Shown piece by piece: positions 9,001 to 21,000 of a DNA stretch of 47,068 nt. How positions within the stretch are numbered: the first letter of the stretch is position 1; each line of letters starts with the position of its first letter. Source of the DNA: Chiloscyllium plagiosum (Eukaryota); contig NC_057756.1 in the NCBI RefSeq assembly GCF_004010195.1, forward strand, positions 10,177,289 through 10,224,356. Reading direction: 5' to 3'. A program made the position numbers and the translations under genes. The notes beneath the pieces are model-generated. The model did not search any database and was not told the origin of the DNA. It saw nothing but the letters and a program-made list of their open reading frames with translations.

Positions 9001-12000
9001 TGTCATTGATTATTATCTGTCAACCTAGACTCACACTCACACAGGATGGAAAGCCCCTCCTGTGCTCAGAGGTCATAGGCCCAAAGTTTCTTCTATATCT
9101 ATTGCAGTCTCTATACGTCACCTCTGACATGACTCATTGGCTGGATGTGTTTAGTTTTGGAAATAACTCAACCCAATTCACCTCGTCTTCTTTCCCAGAA
9201 ACCACACTCCCCTCCCAGAAACCACTCTCCCATCCCGGAAACAATCAGGGAGAGAGAGAATGGGAGTGATTACGTGATTAAAGATAACAGCATTCTTGTG
9301 TCGTTGAGGAATTCTGGCTTTTGGCATGCATTTATGATGAGTGTCCTTTCATCTTCCTGTAAACCGGTGGAGTTGGAGTAGTGTGATAAGGAAGGCTGGA
9401 GCTTGTGGGAATCTTTTCTTTTCCTTTTTAAAAGGCTGCTTTCTACGACGTTTCGAATATTGGCTTTGCTTCATTTGGATAGCACTATCTCCTGATCGAG
9501 GCCCCTGACAGCGAATAGAATTCAGATTCACTGCTGTGTCAGGCCTCCACTGAGTGGCATAGTGGCTCAGTGGCTAGCCCTGCTGCCTCACGGCTTTAGG
9601 GACCCTGGTTTCTCTTTTGGGGGTGACTCTCTACGTGGAGCTTGCACGTTCTCCCAGTGTCTGTGAGAGTTTCCTCTAGGTGCTCCCACAGTCCAAAGAG
9701 GTGCAGGTTAGGTTGATTGACCTTTGGAAATGTGGGGTTACGGGGAAAGGGTGGGTCTGGGTAAGATGCTTCTCCGAAGATCGGTGTGGATCCGATGGGC
9801 CAAATGGTCTGCTTCAACACTGTAAGGTTTCTATGACCTTGCTCTTTCGGGTTAGTGTAAATAATCCAACAGCTGCTGTTGGAAGAATACAGGCTGGGAG
9901 GACCAAAAGATCATTTGCTTCCTGAAGTTGTTCTGCAAGCCAAGAACAAATTGACTGATCAGTTTTTTTATTACCTCTGACTTCCCGGTTTTTAGGGAAT
10001 AAGATTTTGCAGAGTGAAAAATAATTTTTCACTTTAAAGGAGAATCCTTAATTTTTAATTGTAGACAAGTTCATGTCCATTCAACATTCAATCTGACAGG
10101 TTCCTTCTGGATCTTGTATATTTAAGAGCAGAGGGGCTTTGAGGTTCTCTTTGACACCAAGGCCCCTGTCGATTGGCCCTTCGTCATCGTGTGATATTGA
10201 GCACCTGGTCATGGTTGTGTAGTCATAGTCATAGACCCTTCGGCCCAACTCGTCCATGCCATTCAGTTTTCACAATTAACCTAATCCCATTTGCCTGCAT
10301 TGGGTCCATATCCCTCTATACCTATTCCATCCATGGACCTGTCTAAATGTTTCTTAAGTGATGAAATTGTACTCCCCTCCATCATTACCTCTGGCAGTCC
10401 AGTTCAGAATCTCACCACCCTCGGTGGGGGTGGACAGAGGTTTGGAGGAAAGAAAACACCAGCACCTCCTGTAGTTTTTTTTAAAAAAAATGTCTTTGAC
10501 CCCCTCAGACCTACAACTGTATTTTCTGCGATACAGTTATGGCCACCGCTCCTACAAAAGAAAAGATGCTGCATTGATTGTAAAGTGCTTAACTCATGAA
10601 AGGGGAAACATAAATGAATGCTTCATCTATCTAGATTGTTACCTCAAAAATAAAGTGAATGAATTAATTGGGTAATGCAATGTCATCATTGATCTGGAGA
10701 GAATTATAAAAGCAGGGATATACTTCTGAGGCTTTATAAAGCTCCAGTCAGGCCACATTTAGAGTATTAGGAGCTATTTTGGGCTCCATGCCTCAGGAAA
10801 GATATATTGGCCGCGGAGCAGGTCCAGAGGAGGTTGACCAGAATGAAAAGCTTAACACATGAGGAACGTTTGAGGACTCTGGGGCTATATATGATGTTGG
10901 AAGGATATGGGGAGATCTGATTGAAACTTGCAGAATATTGAACAGCCTGGGACATTGAGAAGATGTTTCCAATGGGAGGAGAGACAAGGACCTAAGGGCA
11001 CAGCCTTAGAGAAAAGGGAAGACCTTTTTCGAATGGAGATTGAGAGAAACTTCTTAGGCCAGAGAGTGGTGAATCTGTGGAATTCATTGCCACAGAATGC
11101 TGTGGAGACTAGATCGTTGAGTATATTTATCTGTAATAAGCTCCTTTCCTCCACAATTTGACCAAGGCCTGACCTCCTTCACGGTGAACAGCATATGGCA
11201 ATCAGGATGAATCTGCCTCCAATCATTTGCTTGGGGGAACATCCCTTTTTGCTGTCCCAGGGAATGTTTGTTTAATCATCAGAGAGAACCCCCTCCCTCT
11301 CACGCTGTGAACAGATTTCTGTATCTGTTGCGAGGAAGGAGATTTCCCCTTTTTATTCCTATGACAGAAGTGTTGCAGCACAGGAGGTGGTAATTCGGCC
11401 CTTTTTCTTTTCAGCACTGCCTTCTCTCCCTGTAGCCTTGTATTGCGTGTAACGCCATCACACCATAACACTTTTAGAACTGCTTTTTTAAACTGCAGTT
11501 ATTTTCGCTGTAACTTTGTTTGATCTGACTGCGGTCATCCTCATTCTTTGATTCACAGATGGGGGCGATAAACTGACATTGCAGGAGTAGCAGACAAACT
11601 GCAGTTTGGGATATTGTTCATGTTACGCCTTTAACCAGTGCAGATAGGCCAAGTAAGCTATTGCTTACGCTGGGCAAAGCGCTGTAGGACTGGAATGTTG
11701 TCTTGCAGGGTGAGATGTGACGTTGAGACACATATTCCTTACCCCACCACCGGATAAATAAGAATGATCCCTTTGGAAAGAAAGTAGATGCTGTGCCCCC
11801 ACCCCATAAACCAACATTGCTAAATGGACAGTCTGGTCCAATTGCAGTTTGCTGGAGCTGGCTGCGCGCAAATTGGTTGCAGCATTTCCTACATCGTAAC
11901 AGTGATGACACCTCAAATACACTTAACTTAGCCTTTTTTATAGAAAATCCCTTGGAATGTTCTGAGGTCACAAAGGGCACTCTGTTTAAAAATGCAACTC

Positions 12001-15000
12001 TTGTGCAGTCCCATTCAGTCTCAAGGGGAAATTGAACGGTAAAGGATGAATTTGTCCATGTCACTAACGAAGGAATAAAGTGCCAACAATTGTGCAACCA
12101 TCCTGGCTGATTAGCTTAACCTCTGCCATTGGGTAAATGTAAATGGAAAATAAAAAGGATATCAGAGCAGTTATGTTAGAAATGCAGGTATTCCCCTGCC
12201 CCTAGAGTGTTCCTATGAAACCTTCTGTAAACTGAAATGGCGTAAAGTGAATAAACATTAGTTTATATGTGAAAAATTTTGCTTTTTCTCCTAAAAGCTA
12301 AAATCCTCTTCGGATTTCTTTTGGTTTGTGAAAGCAAGTACTAATGTAGGTCTTTCTTAAAAGTGAAATGAGCTTTTGAAAAGCGGGCGATACCTGTACA
12401 TGATAAATTTGAGCAGAGTCCGTATGGTTTCATGAGGGGAAAATCTTACCATATGATCATAAGAGCAGATATTAGGCCATTCGGCCCATTGTATTTGCCC
12501 CGGCACGGTGGCTCACTGGGGTGGCACAGTGGTTAGCACTTCTGCCTCACAGCGCCAGGCACCCAGGTTCAATTCCTGCCTCGGGCAACTGTCTGTGTGG
12601 AGTTTGCACATTCTCCCAATGTCTGTGAGGGTTTCCTCCGGGTGCTCCAGTTTTCTCCGACAGTCCAAAGATGTGCAGGTTAGGTGAATTGGCCATGCAA
12701 AATCGCCCTTAGTGTTAGGTATAGGGTAATGGGTCTGAGTGGGTTGCTCTTCGGAGGGTCGGTGTGGACTTGTTGGGCCGAAGGGCCTGTATCCACACTG
12801 TAGGGAATCTAATTTTTTAAAATCTAATAAGTCAACACCATTTTCCAGCTTTCTCCCCGTAACCTTTGATCCCCATGGCAACCAAGAACATATCTACCTC
12901 TGTTTTAAATATACTCAATGATCTGGCCTCCACAGTGATGTGGCAATGAATTCCACAGATTCACCACTGTCTGGCCAGAGACATTTCTCTCAATCTCCAC
13001 CCACTGGAAACATCTTCCCAATTCTGGTGAACCTCCTCTGGACCTGCTCCAGGTCTAATACGTCTTTTCCTGAGGTATGGAGCCCAAAATAGCTCCTGAT
13101 ACTCTGAATGTGCTTTGACTAGAGCTTTATAAAGCCTCAGAAGTATATCCCTGCTTTTATAGTCCTCTCCAGATGATTGGTGACAGTGCATTACCTGATT
13201 AATTCACTCGCTTTATTTTCGAGGTAACAATCTAGATAGATGAAGCATAACTAGTAAATATAGTGTTTTGTTTCTAAAGAGGTGTTAAATAAGTTACCAC
13301 ACATCAGGCTACTTAATAGGATTACGGACCATAATGTTGGGGTTGGTATATTAGCAAGGATAGCGAATTGGCTAAGTAATAGACAGGGAGTTGAGCTAAG
13401 GAGGACATTTTTTGGATTTTGGTAACCTGTGATGAGTGCTAAGGGTCACTTTTTATTTCTCTGTCTGTCTCTGTGTCTCTGTCTGCCTGCCTTGTTTATT
13501 AGTTGGATGATGAAAGTGAATGTATTGTCGTCAAGTTTGTGGATGACATTAATAGTGGAAAAGCAAGTGATGAGGGTGGCGCAAGTAGAACAAAGACCAA
13601 AATAGGAATTGCTGGAATTGAGGGTTCTGAGGAAGGATCACTCTACTTGAAACGTTAACTCTGATTTCTATCCACAGATTCTGCCAGACTTGCTAAGTCT
13701 TTTCTAGCAATTTCTGTTTTGTCTCTGATTTACAGCAACCACAGTTCTTTTGGTTTTTACAATAGGAAAAAGGCAGGTTCAGTGAGCGGGCAAATGCTTG
13801 GCCGACAGAGTTAAAATGTGACGTTACACACTTTTTGGCAGGTAGAAGAAAGGAACTTGTGCGTGCATCATAAAAAGCTAGCATCCAAGTTCAGCGGATA
13901 ATAGGGAGGGCAAATAAAATGCTGGCCTTTATTACAAAGAGAACGGAGTATATCATGGAGAAGTCTTGCTAAAACTGTACAAAGCACTATCCAGACCCCA
14001 GCTAGGAAACTATGATCACTTCTGGTCTCCTTATTGAAGGAAAGATAGACTGGCATTGGTGGCAGTCTGAAGAAGGTTCACTCAGCTGATCCTGGATACG
14101 GAGAGACTGTCTTATGGAGGAGAAGTTGATTGGCCCAGTTACTCATCGGCTTTTAGATGAATGAGAGGCGATGCTATTGAAGCATAAAATTTTTGGGACA
14201 TGTGATTGGGTAGGTGTGGAGAGGTTGATTTCCCCTTGTGGGAGACTTGAGGAACAGAGTGCATCATCTCAAGCTAAGGGGCCCACAGAGATGTGGAATT
14301 TCTCCTGAGGATGGCGAATGTCTGGGGTAGGGGTTTGGTTTAGCTCAGTTGGTGAGACAGCTGGTCTGCAAAGTGGTTTGATTCCAACAGCATGGGTTCA
14401 ATCCCCACACTGACTGAGGTTACCATGAAGGGCTGTCCTCCTCCAACCTCTACCCTCACCTGAGGAAGGATGACACTCCGATTAAACCACCACCAGTCAT
14501 CACTTTCTAATGAGAAAGCAGCCCTATGGTCTAGTAAGACTATGGCAACTTGACTTGAATTGGTGAATGTGTGGCATTTTTTCACCACCTGGGACTGCCA
14601 GGGCTGGGTTGTTAAGTATATTTGAAGCAGCAATAGACAGATTTTTGATCAATAAGGGGAATGAAAGGTAAAGGCAGGTAAGTAGAGTTGAATGTTATGC
14701 GATCAACCTAGCTGAACTTCCTAACCTGTAAAGACTGGAGGAACTTTGAATAACATCATGGTTTCTGTGCTGTGAATGTGACACGCTGACTTGGACAGAG
14801 AGGTCTAACACATGATGCTCTTGTTTTAAAAAAAAATGAAAGTCTGATGTTTCTTGATGCTTACTGGTGTGGTTTCTGATGCTCTCCAAGTGCAATTAAG
14901 GTACAGGCTTTTTGGCTGACATTTGCACAATGCATTTTAACCTGTCATCGAGCAATCTAATTCTGGGCCACAAGTAATGTTAGTATGGGTTAATATTAGC

Positions 15001-18000
15001 AAAACACCAGTCAGTTCTGAATCTATTTTGAGAGAGGAAATAGAGAGAGGTTTGTGAAAGCGAATAAGTGAGCTTAGGCCTCCGGACCAGGAGGACTGGA
15101 GGTGGAACAATGGAAATCAGAAGGCAAGGTGCAAGAAGCTGGGTGGTTAGACACCACTGAGAGAGAATGGAGCTCCTCAAGGCTATTCATCTGTGTTGTT
15201 AGTGACTTGTCACTTAACAAGACCCATCAGCCCACATCCCTTGATAGCCCACAGGCACTGTGGTAATTGATGAGACAGCATTGAGTGCTGCAGTTGGGAG
15301 TTTTCTGAAGTGATTGACTGACTGACTGACTGAAGCAGGCTATGTCATGTGATTGGCTGAAGGAGTGGGCCAATGCCTGCGTTTGTGTAGCCCAGCCCAG
15401 GGCTATCCCCAAGACCTTCCAAAGTGAGGGGACTGGTTCAAGGAGGAAAATGGGAACCAATGGCAGATGGCAAGCTCTGACAAACAGGAATCAGTCGAAC
15501 AATTGGATCATTGCTTTGGATTGTTGGTTAAGGGTTAACCTTTTGGCTGTGGGCAGCCCAGCGTTTATGCCATTCTTTCTGAAAGAATGGAGGCATAGGC
15601 CCTGTTTTAGTGTCTCCTTTGAACGATTGACCCAGCTGAGTGGTATGGGACTGAATGTGTTTTGCCAGGTTTCCATGCTCAAAGCATTGGAGTGAGTGCT
15701 GAAACCTTCAGCATCTGAGGAGGGAGTGTGCATTGAGCTAAACCTGACAGTGCTTCGTGTGTGCTCTTGTGCGCGCTCTCTCCTTTCTAGACCACTGAAA
15801 TTTTAATTGTTGCCACCTCTGGTCAGGTGTACTACTTGCTGTTAAAGTTCTTGTGTCCCACATTTCCAGCTCTCATTAAACAGCAGTAATAGATCTATAT
15901 CTATTGTATGCTCGTGAGGTAACATTGCGTTTCCACCCCAAGCAGACACACCCAAACTTACACTGCCTGTTAAACAGGTTTGCTTCATCTCAATGGGAGG
16001 AGTGCAGCCATTTCAGAATTCCAACAAATGTCTGGCTCACTTCCCCTTTTCTCCCTGCATTACCTCCTTCCGTCCATGCCACTTGCACACCCCGACTCTC
16101 AAAATTTCCCACGGGCTGGAGTTTGGGATCTTGCAGCTCAGTGTGGCTCCAGGCTGCTACTGCTGCTTGGTAATGTTGTGGTAGAGGCGCGTATCTGCGG
16201 TTACCCCAGTGGTCCTTTTTAATGCTGCTCTGTTAGACTGGTATCACCTTTAAAGGAAGCCACCTTCAGTCCCTCTTCGCAGAATCAAACCAAAGTGATC
16301 ACTGACCACAGAAATGTGGTCGTGATTTGCTACATTGGTTGGAGTGTTCTGTAATTAGACTGTTGCTAAATCTGTTTGGTGCGACAGAGGAGTGTATTTC
16401 TCACCCAGTTCCGTTTTTGGAAATTGGGGAAGAGTGAGGGTAATATTCCACAAATATTTTCTGCACAGAAATGGACCGTTCAGCCTAATGGCTGTGCTGT
16501 GTGTTGCGATAACAATCGGGTACTGGACTCGATGATTAAAATTTGGGAAGGTAGTCATGTTGATATTCTCCACGTGACTAGATTGGATATTTTTGGCTGA
16601 AGTAGCTGTAGGGTTAGCCTCTGATCTTTTTGTTACTTCTGCTACAAAATTTGCATTTAAATAGTTTCTTAAACATGATAAACCCTTTCGCAGCTCTTCA
16701 GAGCACTTTATTCCAGAACTGAACTATAATCTGATCAGATGGGTGCTTGGGTGTGTTGCTGGAGCAACTAGAGAGAAGGAGGTGAGAGCTCGAAGGTTAG
16801 GTTTAAATTTAGAATCCTAGAGATGTACAGCATGGAAACACGCTTCGGTCCAACTCATCCATGCTGACCAGATATCCCAACCCAATCTAGTCCCACCTGC
16901 CAGCACCCGACCCATTACTTCTGTGCTACAATGTGTCTCGTAGCTAGATAGTGTAAAAGATCTTGAAACCAGCTCCAATTGGTGCTCTAAGGATATATAT
17001 AAACATTGTTTCCTTTTGAGTTGCCGACAGTCTCTTGTGTACTATTAGGCAATTACTTATGCATGTTGTGAGGCATGCACATGTAAAACCTAAAGGGTTG
17101 TGTTGGATTGAGCTGGACGTTGTTGAACTGTGTGGGTTCTGCTGGCATTTTTATTCTGTGTCTCTCTCTGCAGTTGTCCTTGAGCTTGTGAATTTTGAGC
17201 GAGGACACCCGTGAAATAATAAGCAGGTGTGCGCTGCACAAGACCGTGTTCTTGGACTGGATTGCACTCTGTGTCTCTCTCGATTGCTCGCACTCTCTCG
17301 TGCTGTATAGTTCACTCTCTGTAGGAATGGCAATGTTATTGAGTTATCGAATAACCTAGTTAACAAATCAGGAATTTATTTTGACATGAAACCAACCATG
17401 GGATTTGCTTGGGGTATATTAGGATGACAATGTTTCATTATATTTTAAAAAGACGCCTTTGCTTTTAAGAGGGATACCCATAGTCAGATCATTCAATCCG
17501 TCTGAGCCCGTTCCACCATTCAGTATAGGATCATTGCCAATCCTCTGGTGGCTCAGTGTTTAACACTGCTGCCTCTCCATGCCAGGGACCCCAGTTTGCA
17601 CGTTCTTCCAAGGGTGGAATCAAACTCCACACATTCATTCTCCCCGCATCTGTGTGGGTTTTGTCTGGGTGCTCCAGTTTCCTCCCACAGTCCAAAGATG
17701 TGCAGGTTAGAGTGGATTGACTGTGCTAAATTGCCATTGTGTCCAGGGATGTGTAGGTTAGGTGGATTAGGTATGGGAAATGCAGGGTTATAGGGTGGAT
17801 ATAGGTGGGATGCTCTTCGGAGAGTTGGTATAGACTCGATTGGCCGAATGGCTGCTTCTATACTATAAGGGTTCCATGATTTTATCTCTGTTTCATATTC
17901 CTGCTTTCTCCCTAAACCCCTTGATGCCTTTTTAAATCTAAAGCTCTATTTGTCTGTTTCATTTAATTGTAATCGGTGAGTTGAACCTCCTCAACCTTCT

Positions 18001-21000
18001 CTGATAGAGAATTCCACAGATTTGCTATCTTCTTATTGAAGAAATATTTCCTCAACTCAGTCCCAAATGATCTGCCTCATATCTTGAGGTTGCGTCCTGG
18101 TTCTTGACTCTCCAACAAGGGGATACACTCTTTCTGCATCTAGTCTGTCCAGACCTGTGTGGAATTTTGTACATTTCAGTCCGATCCCTCACCTCCTTCA
18201 TCTTTCTGAACTCTGGTTCATTTGGGTCTGTATTCACTAATCTCTCCTCACAGGGCACTCAAATGTTGGTTAAGTAGGGCACATGATTGCCACTGGTCAC
18301 AGAGAATCATCAGATGAAGCTATCAAATGTTTTCCCAGACACCTATTTCTTATCCTGGACTCTGTGCATCCTGCGTACAATCCAAAACTCTCCTATCCCA
18401 CTGCCTGCCCCATGCTCAGAGACCACCCATTTCCAAATTTCTCATCTAGGTTACCAAATTTCTCCATCCCTTTCCTACCTCAGTAGCCTCCTCCAGCCAC
18501 TTAACCTGCGGAATCAACACAGTAGCTACAAGAGCAGGTCAAAGGCCAGGAATCCTGCAGTGAGTAACTCGCCTCCTTACTCCTTAAAGCCTGTTCACCA
18601 TCTGTCCACTCCCTACATGCCTTGACAGGTGTAGCTCAAGAAGTCAGCACCATCCAGGGCAAGGTAGGCCCTGCTTGATTAATCCCACATTCATAAACAT
18701 CCATTCCCTCCATCACTGATACTCAGTACATACTGTTGCGAATACTTACAAGATGTACTACAGATATTCACCAAAGATCCTCCGACAGCACCTTCCAAAT
18801 CCACAATCAGTTCCATCTAGAAGGACAAAGGCAGAAGAATATATGGGAACACCATCCCCTGTGATTTCCCCTCCAAGCCACTCACCACCTGACTTGAAAT
18901 TATATCGCTGTTCTTTCAGAGTCGCTGAGTCAAAATCCTAGAACTCCCTCCTTAAGGACATTGCGTGTCTACCTACAGCACATGGACTGCAGCGGTTCAA
19001 GAAGGCAGCTCCTCACCACCTCCTTGAAGGAAGGAAATCTGTCATCCCAACCTTGTGTGGGTGTGCATGTGACTCCACACTATAGCAATGTGGCTACCTC
19101 TTAACTGACCTCTGGGCAATTAGGGATAGTTAATAAATGCTAGCCTAGCCAGTGACACCAAGGTCCCATGAATAAATAAAGAAAATTGCTGTTGTTTGCT
19201 TCCTCGCCCTTTTTTAAGATGAAGTTAAAAATCAGACACCAGGCTTAAGATGCTTAAAAAAAAAACTACCTCCTTGGAGTTACCTCCCTCATATTTCTGC
19301 TCATCAGATCTCCGACTGAAAATCTCTTCAGTGGTTCCTTTTTTTTTAAAAACTCAGACCACTGATGTGGAAAGTTGGTTGGAGAAAGCACAGATGCCTC
19401 TCACACATCCCCCTTTTTCATGAGGGATGAGTTGAATGAGGAATCTCTTTTGTTCTGCATTCCTGGGAAAAAAACTCCAATCTTAGTTCATCCTGTCACT
19501 GTGCTGGAATTCAAGTGGCTTTCTTCCCCCACCCTGCCCCTCAATGTTTTGAAGGTCAGGGGGTAGCCTGGAGGTAGAGAGAGACAGATGGTGCAGTTAG
19601 ATTAGGTATATTTATTATCACATGTACTGAACACGCAAAAGAGTATTTTTCACTGTTATTTGCAAAGAGTCACTGCTGTCTTTGGCACTACCTTAGGTCT
19701 CTGTTTATATCACTGAGCTTGTGGGTTTTTTTAAACGTAGTCATGTGTTTGGTTTTGTTATTTGTAATGTTTTGAGAGGTTGAGGAAGGAGGGCTCAGAC
19801 ACTGGTGTTTCAGAAATTATCTTGTATAAATGTTGAGATTTTGCCAGGGTCTCACACTGGAGATTTTAAAGCTAGGGGCAGAGCTCAGATTGAGTCTCTG
19901 GGTAAGAGGTCTGTCATTTCTGTGATGAGGAAGAATTTCCTCACTCGGGTTGTCAGGTTTTATAGATTTTTCAGGGACTGTGAATGATGAGTCCTAAAGT
20001 AGTTTTGAGACTTCTTGTTTATGCCATTTTGGGACATTTTTAGTGTTTTGAATTCTTGGCTGAAACACAGAGACAGGAAGTGCTCTTGGTGTAAGTGGAA
20101 GTGTCGGGGAGACTTCTCTTATCAGGAGCTTGTGCTGTGTGTGGTCATTAAGCTCCTGTTTCGCCTGCTCTGCTACTCTGCCAGTGGTAATAATTAAACC
20201 AGCTACACCACTGGTGAAATCACCAGATTACTAGGCCAGAGCACTGGGTCCTGACTGAACTGTGAGAAATTAAGAAACACCGAAGCCATGGACATCTATG
20301 TGTCTGATCCTCCTCTCTCTCCACCCCTTGCTTGATTGTAGAATATAGAACATTACAGCACAGTACAGGCCCTTTGGCCCTTGATGTTGCGCCGACCTAT
20401 CATACCAATCTGAAGTCCATCTAACTTACGCTATTCCATGTATTCCCATATACTTGTCCAATGATGACTTGAATGTACTTAAAGTTGGCGAATCTACTAC
20501 CGTTGCAGGCAAAGCATTCCATACCCTTACGACTCTGAGTAAAGAAACTACCTCTGACATCTGTCCTATACCTATCACTCCTCAATTTAAAGCTATGCCC
20601 CCTCGTGCTCGCCATCACCATTCTTGGAAAAAGCCTCTCCCTGTCCACCCTATCTAACCCTCCTGATTATCTTATATGTCTCTATTAAGTCACCTCTCAA
20701 CCTTCTTCTCTCGAACGAAAACAGCCTCCAGTCCCTCGGCCTTTCCTTGTAAGACCTTCGTATCTCCCACTATCTCAAAACCAAATGACCTGATCATTCT
20801 CACTGTTGTGTTTCCTCCATTCCAACAGGGACTGTTATTACTCAAACATATTGCTAAGTGCACAGATTGTGCTCCCTGTCTCCTCACCTGCGCCCCCCTT
20901 TCACCCACCAATGCACACCATAGTACGAAGGGCTTTTTTTTTTTGACAAACTTTTAACTGATGATTGACATGAGTGGGTTTGACTGGAGCAGGTCAGACA

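Larger units (their letters stand above)
12410..14730 (+). mobile_element. Old, heavily decayed CR1-type LINE ORF2 hosting four nested inserts
   Basis: Colinear CR1 motifs: tatggtttcatgaggggaaaatc (GFMxGKS) at 12423, gaggtaaca (EVT) at 13221, aagtttgtggatgacatt (KFxDD) at 13533, and gaggcgatgctattgaa near 14165. Confidence 0.7.
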
